From Elusimicrobia bacterium GWA2_66_18 (GTDB lineage: Bacteria; Elusimicrobiota; Elusimicrobia; UBA1565; UBA9628), in NCBI GenBank assembly GCA_001799675.1, contig MGTX01000006.1:44316-108315 (forward strand): a DNA stretch of 64,000 bases, read 5' to 3'. The notes beneath the pieces were generated by a model that saw nothing but the letters and a program-made list of their open reading frames with translations, searched no databases and was not told the DNA's origin. A program made the position numbers and the translations under genes. Of the stretch, positions 31,439-41,446 are shown piece after piece. Each line of letters opens with the position of its first letter. The first letter of the stretch is position 1.

Positions 31439-34060
31439 ATGATCGAGAAGATCTACGATCCGAAGCCCGTCGAGGAAGCCCTCATCCGCGCCTGGGAGGA
31501 GGCCAAGCTCTTCCGCTCCACGCCCCGCCTCGGCGGCAGGCCCTTCACCGTCGTCATCCCGCCGCCGAACGTGACGGGGGCTCTGCACGTCGGGCATGCC
31601 CTCGACAACGCCCTCCAGGACGCCTTCATCCGCCACCAGCGCCTGCTGGGCCGGCAGGCCTGCTGGGTGCCGGGCTGCGACCACGGCGGCATCGCCACGC
31701 AGAACGTGATGGAGAAGCAGTTGAAGGCCGAAAAGACCGACCGGCACGCGCTGGGACGCGAGGCCTTCCTTGAGCGCATGCAGGTCTGGACGCGCGACTG
31801 CAAAAAGACGATCTTGGGCCAGTTGAGGCGCCTGGGCTGCTCTCTCGATTGGGAACGGGAAGCTTTTACGATGGACGAAGTCCGGGCCAAGGCGGTGTTT
31901 TATGCGTTCCGGACGCTTTGGGAGAAGGGCCTGATCTATCGCGGCGAACGCCTGGTCAACTGGTGCGTGCGCTGCGGCACGGCGCTCTCGGATATCGAGG
32001 TCGAGCGCGAGGAGAGGAAAGGCGCTCTTTATCACATCCACTACCGTCTGGAAGGCGGGGGGGAGGGTCTCGTCGTGGCCACGACCCGGCCGGAGACGAT
32101 GTTCGGCGACACGGCGGTGGCCGTCAACCCGAAGGACCCGCGCTGGAAGCCTATGGTGGGCCGGAAGGTCCTGATCCCCTTCATCGACCGCGCCGTCCCG
32201 GTCATCGCGGATTCGTACGTCGAGTTCGAGTTCGGCACGGGGGCGCTCAAGGTCACGCCCGCCCACGACCAGAACGACTGGGAGATCGGACAGCGGCATG
32301 ATCTTGCGGCCCTCAAGGCCATCGGCCCGGATGGGCGATTGACGGCGCAAGCGGGCCCTTACGAGGGCCTTTCCCGCGAGAAGGCCCGCGACCAAGTCGT
32401 GGCCGACCTCGAGGCGCGGGGATATCTCCGCAAGAAAGAAGATCATAAGAGCCCGGTCGGGGTCTGCTATCGGTGTCATAGCGTGATCGAGCCTCTGTTG
32501 TCGCTGCAGTGGTTCGTCAAGCAGGCCGAGTTGGCTTTGCCCGCCCTGAAGGCCCTCGATGACGGTCGTTTCAAGATCCATCCCGCGAACTGGGCCAAGC
32601 CGTACCGCGATTGGCTCGTGAACATCAAAGACTGGTGCGTCTCCCGCCAGATCTGGTGGGGCCACCGCATCCCGGTGTGGTACCGGGGCGACGAGAAGCC
32701 CGTCGTGAGCCTGGAGTCGCCCGGCGCGGGCTGGACTCAGGACCTCGACGTGCTCGACACCTGGTTCTCCTCCGCGCTGTGGCCGCTGGCGGTGTTCGGC
32801 TGGCCGGAGAAGACTCCGGACTTCGCCTATTACTATCCCACCGCAACCTTGGTCACGGGCTATGAGATCCTCCACCTGTGGGTGGCGCGCATGCAGATGA
32901 TGGGCCTGGCCTTCGAGGGCAAGGTCCCGTTCTCGGACGCGGTCATCCACGGCATCGTGCGCGACAAGAGCGGCAAGAAGATGTCGAAGTCGTTGGGCAA
33001 CGTGGTCGACCCGCTCCTGATGATGGACAAGTACGGCACCGACGCCCTGCGCTTCGCTCTGCTGGCGCAGGCTCACCCGGGCAAGGACATCGCGTTCGAC
33101 GAGCAGTCGGTCCTGAGCGCGCGCAACTTCGTCAACAAACTTTGGAACTCAACCCGGTTCGTCTTGATGAACCTGCCGCCACGAGCGCCGGACGGCGGAT
33201 ATCAGCTGGGCCAACTGCCCCGCGCGGAGCTGGAACTCGCCGACCGGTGGATATTATCCCGCTATCAGGCGACGCTCGCCAAGGCGAAGACGCATCTCGA
33301 CGCGTACGAGACGGCGGCCGCGGCCGAGGCTCTCTACGCATTCCTATGGGACGAACTCTGCGCCTGGCACATCGAGCTCGCCAAGGCGCGGCTCCTGGGC
33401 CCCGACGGGGCGCGGAAGGACGCCGCGCGCACGATCCTCGTCCAGGTCCTCGTCGGCACGCTCAAGGCCCTGCACCCGCTGATGCCCTTCGTGACCGAGG
33501 AGATCTACGCGTCGCTCAAGTCCTATGCGGGCGAATCCGCGCGCTTCGTGCTCCAGGGCGGCTATCACGCGCTCGATTGCGACTGGTCGAACCCAGAGGC
33601 GGAGAAGGAGATGGCGCTGGTGATGGCGGCCGTGACTTCCATCCGCTCACTGCGCGCCCAACTCCGAGTGCCGATCGACATGAAGCTCGCCGCCGTGGCG
33701 GAGGGCCCTTTCGCCGGGAAGACGCTCAAGACTCATCACGCGTACGTGACCCTGCTGGCCGGCCTGGAGAGCCTGGAGCCGTTCTCGGCGCGGCCGCCGC
33801 GGAGCGCGACGGCCGTGGCGGAAGGCGTGACGTTCCACATCCCCCTGGCCGGCGTCATCGACTTCGCCAAGGAGCGCGAGCGCCTGGGCAGGGAGCTGGC
33901 CAAGGCCGAGGCAGACATCGCGAAGATCGAAGCGAAGGTGAAAAATCCCGACTTCCTGGCCCGCGCTCCCGAGGGTCAGATCGCCGAGGCCAAGGTCCAG
34001 CACGAGGCCGCCCGCGGCCGCCGCGATGAGCTCCGCAAAACCTTGGCCGATTTGTCATGA
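31439..34060 (+). CDS. valS: valine--tRNA ligase ValS
   Basis: 873 aa; PPPNVTGALHVGHA (HIGH), KMSKSLGN (KMSKS), C-terminal coiled coil. Confidence 0.95.
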   Translation: MIEKIYDPKPVEEALIRAWEEAKLFRSTPRLGGRPFTVVIPPPNVTGALHVGHALDNALQDAFIRHQRLLGRQACWVPGCDHGGIATQNVMEKQLKAEKTDRHALGREAFLERMQVWTRDCKKTILGQLRRLGCSLDWEREAFTMDEVRAKAVFYAFRTLWEKGLIYRGERLVNWCVRCGTALSDIEVEREERKGALYHIHYRLEGGGEGLVVATTRPETMFGDTAVAVNPKDPRWKPMVGRKVLIPFIDRAVPVIADSYVEFEFGTGALKVTPAHDQNDWEIGQRHDLAALKAIGPDGRLTAQAGPYEGLSREKARDQVVADLEARGYLRKKEDHKSPVGVCYRCHSVIEPLLSLQWFVKQAELALPALKALDDGRFKIHPANWAKPYRDWLVNIKDWCVSRQIWWGHRIPVWYRGDEKPVVSLESPGAGWTQDLDVLDTWFSSALWPLAVFGWPEKTPDFAYYYPTATLVTGYEILHLWVARMQMMGLAFEGKVPFSDAVIHGIVRDKSGKKMSKSLGNVVDPLLMMDKYGTDALRFALLAQAHPGKDIAFDEQSVLSARNFVNKLWNSTRFVLMNLPPRAPDGGYQLGQLPRAELELADRWILSRYQATLAKAKTHLDAYETAAAAEALYAFLWDELCAWHIELAKARLLGPDGARKDAARTILVQVLVGTLKALHPLMPFVTEEIYASLKSYAGESARFVLQGGYHALDCDWSNPEAEKEMALVMAAVTSIRSLRAQLRVPIDMKLAAVAEGPFAGKTLKTHHAYVTLLAGLESLEPFSARPPRSATAVAEGVTFHIPLAGVIDFAKERERLGRELAKAEADIAKIEAKVKNPDFLARAPEGQIAEAKVQHEAARGRRDELRKTLADLS

Positions 34061-34731
34061 CCTTCGCCGCCCTCCTGCTCGCGTCCGCGATCTCCTCGGC
34101 GCAGACGGCGGCCGTTTCGACGGGGCCGGCCGCCGCGCAGGCCGGCCCCGGGGTGAAGGCCGAGGCGGAGGCGAAGCTCAAGTTTAAGAATTTGCTCCAC
34201 GCCGTCATCCACCCCGAGGCCAAGGAATGGGAGCCGCTCTCGCTCCAAGCGGGGGGCGACCCCGGCCAAGCCGTGAACGCGGTCGTCCTGCGCCAAGTCA
34301 AGGTGAAGGGCAAGATCAAGGGCGCCTCCGCCAAGGCCCGGGCCTCGGCGCGCCTGGTCCGCTCGAAGGACGACCGCTGGCTCGTCGTCTCGATCTTTCC
34401 CCAGGCCCTGGAGAAGCGGCGCTTCCACCTGGAGGTCCGCTTTCGCGTGGTCGAGGGCTTCATCGAGGACGCGAAGGCCGCGGCCGTCTTCGTCATGGAC
34501 TCCCGCCCCGGCGCCGGCGAGGGCCTCGACTCCTTCGCCCTGCGCGCCGCGGGCGTCGCGTTCCAGGAGGAGTCTCCCGGCTCCGGCCAGGTCCTGGTCT
34601 CGGCCCTGGACCCCCGCCCGGGCAAGACCGCCTTCAACGCCGGCCGGCTCAAGCTGGCCGAGTTCGCCGACGCGGACCTCGGCTTCGTCGACGCGTCCTG
34701 GTCCGTGCGCGGCCTCTCCGCTTCCCCATAA
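34057..34731 (+). CDS. hypothetical exported protein
   Basis: 224 aa, signal-like MTFAALLLASAISSAQTAA; start overlaps valS stop. Confidence 0.45.
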   Translation: MTFAALLLASAISSAQTAAVSTGPAAAQAGPGVKAEAEAKLKFKNLLHAVIHPEAKEWEPLSLQAGGDPGQAVNAVVLRQVKVKGKIKGASAKARASARLVRSKDDRWLVVSIFPQALEKRRFHLEVRFRVVEGFIEDAKAAAVFVMDSRPGAGEGLDSFALRAAGVAFQEESPGSGQVLVSALDPRPGKTAFNAGRLKLAEFADADLGFVDASWSVRGLSASP

Positions 34732-34775
34732 GACTCCTAGACATCGAACTCGACATAGACAACCAACGCTCCTGG

Positions 34776-36008
34776 CTAATCGATGTCGGTCTTTTGGCTC
34801 GCAAGGAGTTTGTGGAGACCGTGCATGGTGACGATCTTGACCCCGTGATGGATATATTCCTCCTTCCCGGCATAGACCAGAGCGGCTCCGCGACTCTTGG
34901 GAAACACCTTGGCGTAATGGAGGAGGCCCTTGAAGTAGTCGCTCGCGACCGTGGCCCCGGCTTTGACCTCGATCGGCAAGGCGTCGCTCCCGCGGCCATA
35001 TAACAGGTCCACCTCGTTGCCGACGTTGTCTCGGTAGAATGCCAACTGGCTGCGTTGCCCCCGATGGAGGCGATGCTTGAGCGCTTCGGCCACCACGAGG
35101 TTCTCAAACAAGCCCCCGCGCAGCGGATCGCGGGCGACTTGATTCTCGTTCTCCAGCCCCAGGAGGCTACAGGCCAACCCCGTATCGTAGAAGTAAAGCT
35201 TGGGCGTCTTGACCAAACGCTTGCGAACGTTGGCGTGGTGCGGCTCCAGGAGGAATACGATGTACCCGGCTTGAAGCAATGTGATCCAGGCTCGTGCCGT
35301 GGTGTGAGACACGCCTGCGTCGCTGCCCAGCGAATGAAGATTCAGCAATCCCCCGACCCGGCCGGCGCACAGCCGTACGAATCGCTCAAAGAGGTTCAAG
35401 TCTTTCACGGATACCAGTTGGCGCAGGTCCCGCTCGATGCAGGTTTCCATATAGTCGCCGTAGAATCTCGCGGGCTCCAAGCTCTCCCTGTGGAGACGCG
35501 GATAGAACCCGGCCAGCATCAAGCGATCTATGGAAACGTTTTGGAGATCATGCGGCATTTCATCGAGGCTCAAGGGTAGCAATTTCAAGACCGCCGTCCG
35601 CCCGGCCAGGGACTGGCTGATGCGCGTCATGACCTCGAACTGCTGGCTGCCGGTCAGGATAAATAGGCCGTTGCGGCGCTCGCTATCCACCACTTCCTGC
35701 AAGTAGGACGCCAGTTGCGGCGCGCGTTGGATTTCGTCAAGGATCGCTCCATCCGGAATACCCGCCAGGAAACCCCGGGGGTCTTCGGTCGCAAGCCTTC
35801 GCGTATCCGGATTTTCGAGATTGACATAGGCCTTGAGAGGAAACGCCCGCCGGCACAAGGTCGTCTTTCCGCTCTGTCGCGGCCCGGTCATCGTCAGGAC
35901 CGGGTACTGCTTTGCCAATGAGATAAGGAGCGGCTCCAGTGTATTTACATTTTGCAAGTATAACTTTCCAATTGCAATATTTACGGAAGTGGCCGGGCCC
36001 CTTTCCAT
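34776..36008 (-). CDS. AAA-family ATPase with DUF4143-type C-terminal domain (AAA_14/DUF4143 ATP-binding protein)
   Basis: 410 aa; Walker A TGPRQSGKTTL, Walker B FILDEIQ; GC ~58%, clearly below flanks. Confidence 0.75.
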   Translation of the reverse strand: MERGPATSVNIAIGKLYLQNVNTLEPLLISLAKQYPVLTMTGPRQSGKTTLCRRAFPLKAYVNLENPDTRRLATEDPRGFLAGIPDGAILDEIQRAPQLASYLQEVVDSERRNGLFILTGSQQFEVMTRISQSLAGRTAVLKLLPLSLDEMPHDLQNVSIDRLMLAGFYPRLHRESLEPARFYGDYMETCIERDLRQLVSVKDLNLFERFVRLCAGRVGGLLNLHSLGSDAGVSHTTARAWITLLQAGYIVFLLEPHHANVRKRLVKTPKLYFYDTGLACSLLGLENENQVARDPLRGGLFENLVVAEALKHRLHRGQRSQLAFYRDNVGNEVDLLYGRGSDALPIEVKAGATVASDYFKGLLHYAKVFPKSRGAALVYAGKEEYIHHGVKIVTMHGLHKLLASQKTDID

Positions 36009-36122
36009 GGCCGCCGGAGCTTACGTGGCCTCAAGCTCCGAGCATGAAATACAAAGAATCGAGAGAGGACGAGCGGAATTCCTGGGGGATCGCTCTTTAG
36101 CACATCGCCGGGCGGGAGGCTA

Positions 36123-36893
36123 TCAGCGCTTACGGCCCTTCCTGGACTTGGCGTAGGCCAGCATGTCGGCCTCGACTTTTTCAAGCAGGCCGTCGCCGAT
36201 CTCCCAGACCTCCAGGCCCTTGAGCCTGGCCTCGATCTTGCGCGCAAGCGCGTCATCGATGAAGGGCGTGACCTTGCCCTTCTTGTACTCGGCCTCCTTC
36301 TCGGCGTAGAGGCCGAGGAAGGTCTTGTCGCGAAACCACGCTTCGCGGTTGGAGGATGCTTCCAACCGGCGGAGGAGCTCCGGGCTCGGGTCGCGCTGGA
36401 CGAACTCGAAGAAGACGGCCGTCGGGCGGCCGCCCGGAACCATCCACTCGCCGCTGAAGACCTGGATCAGGTCCTCTTCGGCGTCCTTGAGCACCGGCGT
36501 GATGAAGTTGACGCCGCGATCCAAAGCATAGCGATGGAACGACGGCAGATCGGGAGTTCGCAAAGCGATATGCTGCCAGTGGCCGCCCCCGCCCCGGTTC
36601 TTGAGCATCGTGCGGACATGAGAGCCCCGCCCCTTGGGCTCCGTGGGCTGGACCACCGCGACGATGGTCTGCGCGGGCGCGCGCGCGTCATCGGCCGCGC
36701 CCAGGCGCGAGGCGAAGGTCATGGAGGCGGGCTTCTTCTGTCCGGGCCAGTCGGAGCGTTTCTCGTAGATCAGGTCCTCGCGGGTCACCCCGAAGATGAC
36801 GCGGAAGAGCGCGTAGGTCGTCTTGTACAGGTCGGGCTCGACGAGGAAGGTCATGTGGTCGACGACGAAGTTGTGGAAAGGCTGCTTTTTCAT
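36123..36893 (-). CDS. VOC-family dioxygenase-like protein resembling (short) 4-hydroxyphenylpyruvate dioxygenase
   Basis: FVVDHMTFLV (N-terminal VOC His), GGGGHWQHIALRTPDL and GGRPTAVFFEFVQR resembling HPPD motifs GxQHIAL / RPTLFFEIIQR; only 256 aa (canonical HPPD ~350 aa). Confidence 0.55.
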   Translation of the reverse strand: MKKQPFHNFVVDHMTFLVEPDLYKTTYALFRVIFGVTREDLIYEKRSDWPGQKKPASMTFASRLGAADDARAPAQTIVAVVQPTEPKGRGSHVRTMLKNRGGGGHWQHIALRTPDLPSFHRYALDRGVNFITPVLKDAEEDLIQVFSGEWMVPGGRPTAVFFEFVQRDPSPELLRRLEASSNREAWFRDKTFLGLYAEKEAEYKKGKVTPFIDDALARKIEARLKGLEVWEIGDGLLEKVEADMLAYAKSRKGRKR

Positions 36894-37504
36894 AAGAGCG
36901 CCTCCGGGCGGGGGAGTTCGAAGTCATCGCGGGTGCGGGCGTACCAGGAGCCTTCCAGCCGTCCGACGGTCTTCAGGTCCTGATGCCTGATCTTGCCGCC
37001 GTTCCATATCTCGTCCTTGCAGTGGAATCGCACCACTTTGCCGATGACGAGGTTGCCTCCGAGGGGGCCTTCGGCGAGCGTCACGATTTGCAGGAGCTCG
37101 CATTCCATCGAGACCGGGCTTTCGGCTAAGCGGGGCGGCTTGACCGACGTCGAGGGCAGGGGCGTCAGGCCGGCCTTCTCGAACTCGCTGACGCCGTAGG
37201 GATAGGCGGCGGCGGTGAGGTTCATCTTCTCGACGGTCTCCTCATTGGCGATGTTGATCACGAATTGCCGGGTCGTTTCGACGTTGATGAGGGTGTCTTT
37301 CTTCTTGCCGTTGCGGTCGTTGACGGGAGCAAAGCACACGGACATGGGATTGGCGGCGATGCCGGTGAAGAAGCTGAACGGCGCGAGATTGGGGATGCCC
37401 TCGGGGGATAGGGACGATATCCAGGCGATGGGTCGGGGCTGGATCACGGCGATGAGCAGGCCGTAGCGGTCCCGGGCGCGCAGAGACTCGGGGTCGAGGT
37501 CCAT
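36890..37504 (-). CDS. flavin reductase-like FMN-binding protein
   Basis: C-terminal 204 codons of ORF 36890..38344 starting MDLDPESLRARDRYGLLIAVIQPRPIAWISS... (Flavin_Reduct pattern). Confidence 0.7.
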   Translation of the reverse strand: MDLDPESLRARDRYGLLIAVIQPRPIAWISSLSPEGIPNLAPFSFFTGIAANPMSVCFAPVNDRNGKKKDTLINVETTRQFVINIANEETVEKMNLTAAAYPYGVSEFEKAGLTPLPSTSVKPPRLAESPVSMECELLQIVTLAEGPLGGNLVIGKVVRFHCKDEIWNGGKIRHQDLKTVGRLEGSWYARTRDDFELPRPEALL

Positions 37505-38727
37505 CAGGACGCAGAGACGCCCTGGGTGTCGCGGTTCCAACTCGCGGGGTAGTCCTTGTCCGCCACGCCCAGGGCCTGCCTGGCCACGCGCAGGGGCTCG
37601 AAGAAGGTGTCCAGCATGACGGCAAGGTAGTCGGAGAGCTTGCCGCGCTCGGCGAAGGATCGTCGCGCCGCCATCCCGTGCGGGGAGTGCGGCAGCGAGC
37701 CGGGATGGAAGGTCAACGAGCCCGGCTCCACGAGCCCTTTGCGGGCCCCGTAGCTGGTGTTCGAGAAGAACATCACCTCGTCGGAGTCGACGTTGAAATG
37801 GGCGTAGGGCGCGGGGACGTCGAGCGGATGCCAGCCCTCCATCTGTCCCTTGAAGGTGCAGACGGCGAATCCGTCGTGCGGGGCGTGCCCGGACTGGAAG
37901 GTCTGGCGCGTCGGGGGGGCCGTGTGCGTCTGCTTGGCGAGGGGATGCTGGTCGTCGGTGTGGAAGGCGTACGGGTAGAGAGCGCCTTCCCAGCCGATCA
38001 GGTCGAAGGGGTGGTGGCCCAGGAACATCTCGGTGACGAAGCCGCCGTCGTGTTTGGTCCACACGCGGAAGAGCCCGTCCTCGTCTCGCGGCGGGCGGAA
38101 CTCGGGCAGGTCGACCTCGGTCTCGACCACCGGGGCCATGAGCGTGGCCTGGCCCGAGGCGTTGAGGTGGTGGGGGGCGAACTGGATGGGGAAGCGCGAC
38201 TCGACCATCAGGAGCAAGCAGTCCTCGCTCTCCAACTCCAGGCGGTAGGTCGTGCCCTTGGGGACGACCACGTAGTGGCCGGGACGGAAGGCCAGCACGC
38301 CGTACTCGCTGGCCAGGAGGCCTCGTCCTTCCTGCACGAACCACAGCTCGTGGCCGTCGCCGTTGCGGAAGAACCGGTCGGCGGGGCAGGACTTCTCGAA
38401 ATGGGCGGCGCCGACGAGCGTGTGGGTTCCGTAGACGAGGGGCACGCGGCCGCTGACCGCGTCGCCGTGCGCCTTGAGCCGGCTCGTGCGCAGGTGCCAG
38501 GGCTGCAGGGGCAGGGGCGGCAGGGGCTGGGGCCTCAGGTCGAGAGGGAGCTTATGCGCGTCGCGCACCTGCTGGGTCGGGTATTTCCGGTAATGATACT
38601 TGCGCGACCAGTCGCCGCTGAAGCCGGAAACGCCGTGGATCTCCTCGAGGGCCAGGACCTCGGGCTCCGAGTAATACTCCGTGTGCGGGGTCCTGGGCGC
38701 CCGGCCTCGCGTGAGGATGACGCTCAT
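37504..38727 (-). CDS. hmgA: homogentisate 1,2-dioxygenase-like cupin protein
   Basis: 407 aa; overall resemblance to HmgA incl. FRNGDGHELWFVQEG and His/Glu metal ligands in C-terminal cupin; sits between HPPD-like and FAH genes. Confidence 0.7.
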   Translation of the reverse strand: MSVILTRGRAPRTPHTEYYSEPEVLALEEIHGVSGFSGDWSRKYHYRKYPTQQVRDAHKLPLDLRPQPLPPLPLQPWHLRTSRLKAHGDAVSGRVPLVYGTHTLVGAAHFEKSCPADRFFRNGDGHELWFVQEGRGLLASEYGVLAFRPGHYVVVPKGTTYRLELESEDCLLLMVESRFPIQFAPHHLNASGQATLMAPVVETEVDLPEFRPPRDEDGLFRVWTKHDGGFVTEMFLGHHPFDLIGWEGALYPYAFHTDDQHPLAKQTHTAPPTRQTFQSGHAPHDGFAVCTFKGQMEGWHPLDVPAPYAHFNVDSDEVMFFSNTSYGARKGLVEPGSLTFHPGSLPHSPHGMAARRSFAERGKLSDYLAVMLDTFFEPLRVARQALGVADKDYPASWNRDTQGVSAS

Positions 38728-39758
38728 GGGGCATAGCTCCCGTCGCGGTTGTATTTGAGATGCGTCGCGCCTTTCGGGGCGCCGACCTTGTTCTTGAGCA
38801 CGCCGAGCGGCCCCGCGTCGAGCTCGATTTCATCTCCGGGCTTGATCCAGCGGTCCAGGTCGAGGCCGCAGCCTTTGTGATAGGCGCCCGAGCCCAGGAG
38901 GTCGCCGGGAAGCAGGGTCTCGCTTTGCGAGGCGTGCGACAGCATTACGGCGAACGACCAATAAGGCTGGGCGCCGTGGGAGCGGCTCCATTGCTCGCCG
39001 TTGACCCGGACCTTCAGATCGGGAATCCGTCCATCCCATTCATCGGCCGTCAAGAGCCACGGTCCGATTGCCGTCGCGAAATCCTTCCCCTTGGCCGGGC
39101 CCATGCGGCTGAGCATCTCGTTCTTCTGGATGTCGCGCGCCGAGCAGTCGTTCATCACGATGTAGCCCGCGATGTGCCGGTCGGCGCTCGCGACCGGGAT
39201 ATCTCGTCCCCGGCGGCCGACGACCGCGGCCACCTCGAACTCGAAATCGAGTTTGCGGGTGTAGTCCGGCCAGGGGATCTCGTCGCCGGGCCCGTACATC
39301 TCGCGCGGATTGCCCTTGTAGTAGACGGGCTGCTCGTACCAGGCCGGGAGCATCTCTTCCTTTCGCCGCGCCGCGCCGGCCTTGGCATGGTCTTCGAAAG
39401 CGAAGAAATCCCGCAGCGAGCGGGGCCGGGGCAGGGGAGCCCGCGGCCGTATCTCGGACTCGTTCCAGAGGATGCGCTCTCCGCGCGGGCCCGCGGGTTC
39501 GCCTTCCAGGGCGTCGAGGGCTCTCTTCGCTTCGGCCAGGGCTTCGTCCCCCCGGTCGAGCAAGCCCAGCATGCAGGAGGGGACGAAGAAGTCGGCCCGC
39601 TCGCGGGGCCGGGTCTTGCCCTGCGCTTCATAAAGGAGGGCGGCGGCGAGGTTGAGGTCGGCGACGCGTCCGTCGCGCCGGGCGCCCAGGCGCTCGACGG
39701 GGCCCAGCGGCGTGGCGACCTCGAAGGTGACGAGTCTCACGATTTTTAATCGTAGCAA
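38724..39758 (-). CDS. fumarylacetoacetate hydrolase (FAH) family protein
   Basis: 344 aa; FAH-fold motifs (...IVMNDCSARDIQ...GTPxG-like); ATG overlaps hmgA stop. Confidence 0.75.
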   Translation of the reverse strand: MLRLKIVRLVTFEVATPLGPVERLGARRDGRVADLNLAAALLYEAQGKTRPRERADFFVPSCMLGLLDRGDEALAEAKRALDALEGEPAGPRGERILWNESEIRPRAPLPRPRSLRDFFAFEDHAKAGAARRKEEMLPAWYEQPVYYKGNPREMYGPGDEIPWPDYTRKLDFEFEVAAVVGRRGRDIPVASADRHIAGYIVMNDCSARDIQKNEMLSRMGPAKGKDFATAIGPWLLTADEWDGRIPDLKVRVNGEQWSRSHGAQPYWSFAVMLSHASQSETLLPGDLLGSGAYHKGCGLDLDRWIKPGDEIELDAGPLGVLKNKVGAPKGATHLKYNRDGSYAP

Positions 39759-39780
39759 ATCCCCGGCTCGGTCTTAGCCG

Positions 39781-40437
39781 TCAGCGGAGCAGGGAGAGGA
39801 CCTTCACGGGCGTGAGACTCCGGAAATCACGCACGCGCAGGCGCGCGTGGCGGAACTCGTCGGCCGCATGGGAGGTCGTGACGGCCACGACCGGCATCCC
39901 GGCCCGCCGCGCGGCTTCCTCGCCCAGCAGAGAGTCCTCGAAGACGACGCAGTCGCGCGGCCGTACCCTGAGGCGCTCGGCCAGCAGGAGGAAGGTCTCC
40001 GGGTCGGGCTTGCCTTTGGTCACCATCCCGCCGTCGACGACCGCGTCGAAGGAGCCCCTCAGTCCGAGGCCGTCCAAGATGAAGGCCACGTTGTCGTCCT
40101 TGGAGCCCGTGCCCAGCCCGAGCCTCAGTCCCTCGTCGCGCGAGGCGTCCAGGAAGTCCCGCAGGCCCGCGGCGGCGCGGCGCTTGGGGAGGTAGAGCTT
40201 GCGGTAGAGCGTCTCCTTGGCGACGGCGTGCTCGTGCGCCTCCCGGGGAGGGACCTCGCGCTTGAAATAATAGCGCAGGACCTCGCGGGTGGGCATGCCC
40301 ATGGTGTTCGCGCGGAAGTCCTGGAGTTCGATCTTGATGCCGTGGCGGCAAAAGAAGCGGCGCCAGGCCTCCTCGTGGGCGGGCATGTTGCGACAGACCA
40401 CGCCGTCCATGTCGAAGAGCAATCCTCGAGGTTTCAT
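39781..40437 (-). CDS. HAD-superfamily hydrolase (beta-phosphoglucomutase-like subfamily IA)
   Basis: LLFDMDGVV (motif I DxDG), ...GSKDD..., FEDS..G. Confidence 0.75.
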   Translation of the reverse strand: MKPRGLLFDMDGVVCRNMPAHEEAWRRFFCRHGIKIELQDFRANTMGMPTREVLRYYFKREVPPREAHEHAVAKETLYRKLYLPKRRAAAGLRDFLDASRDEGLRLGLGTGSKDDNVAFILDGLGLRGSFDAVVDGGMVTKGKPDPETFLLLAERLRVRPRDCVVFEDSLLGEEAARRAGMPVVAVTTSHAADEFRHARLRVRDFRSLTPVKVLSLLR

Positions 40438-40449
40438 CGGCTGGAGATT

Positions 40450-41442
40450 CTAGCCGACCCCGGCCGAAGCCGCTTTCAATAGCTTGAGCCAGAGAGATGA
40501 GACCAAATATCCCGTCGCCTTCTTGGCGCTCACCCAGCGCGCTTCCTGCGGAAGCTTCCTTCCTTCGGGCCACGCCGCTTCTCGGAGTTCGACGCTCAGA
40601 GCGTGATGGGTGATGGCGTGACTCACCGCGGCAAGCCTTCTCCCCGGCACGGCGGCGATCTGTCGCGCTTCCGGGAGTCCCCAAAGATCTTTCAACAGGC
40701 GCTCCTTCTGAGAGCGCCGCCAGATCAATATTTTTTCGTTGCGGAGGATCCAAAAACATACCCATCTGACCGCAATGACTTCCCGCCGTTTTTCCGGGGT
40801 GGGCAGCCGATCCTGAAGTTCCTTCTTATGGGCCACGCAGACGTTCGCGACCGGGCAGACGCCGCATGAGGGAGAGCCGGGCGTGCAGACCGTCGCTCCC
40901 AACTCCATGAGGGCTTGGTTCCAGTCTCCGGGATCTTTTTTGGGGACGAGAGTTGCCGCGAGGCTCCAGATCCTTTTGATGAAGGCCGGGTCCTTGGCCC
41001 TGCCGCGCAGGCCGAAAAGACGCGAGAAGACCCGGATGACGTTGCCGTCGACGACGGGATACGGCCGGCGGAAGGCGATGGAGAGGATGGCCCCGGCGGT
41101 GTAGCGCCCGATGCCGGGAAGGGCCAGCACGGCGTCGAAGTCGGAGGGGAACGTCCCGCCGTGCCGAGACATGACCTCGAGGGCGGCGCGACGGAGGTTG
41201 CGGGCGCGGCGGTAGTAGCCCAGGCCCGCCCATCGCTCGAGAACCTCGTCTTCGGTCGCGGTCGCGAGGGCCGACAGGTCCGGGAAGCGGCGCAGAAAGC
41301 GCTCGTACTTGGCGGCGACGGAGGCGGCCGTGGTCTGTTGGAGCATGATTTCCGAGACCCAGGTCCGGTAGGGGGAGACCCGGCGCCGCCAGGGCATGTC
41401 GCGGCGCGCGAGGCGATACCAGCGCAGGAGCCGCGCGTGCAC
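40450..41442 (-). CDS. mutY: A/G-specific adenine DNA glycosylase MutY
   Basis: HhH-GPD motif (LPGIGRYTAGAILSIAF), 4Fe-4S Cys cluster CTPGSPSCGVCPVANVC, C-terminal NUDIX-like domain. Confidence 0.85.
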   Translation of the reverse strand: MHARLLRWYRLARRDMPWRRRVSPYRTWVSEIMLQQTTAASVAAKYERFLRRFPDLSALATATEDEVLERWAGLGYYRRARNLRRAALEVMSRHGGTFPSDFDAVLALPGIGRYTAGAILSIAFRRPYPVVDGNVIRVFSRLFGLRGRAKDPAFIKRIWSLAATLVPKKDPGDWNQALMELGATVCTPGSPSCGVCPVANVCVAHKKELQDRLPTPEKRREVIAVRWVCFWILRNEKILIWRRSQKERLLKDLWGLPEARQIAAVPGRRLAAVSHAITHHALSVELREAAWPEGRKLPQEARWVSAKKATGYLVSSLWLKLLKAASAGVG

Positions 41443-41446
41443 GCGG

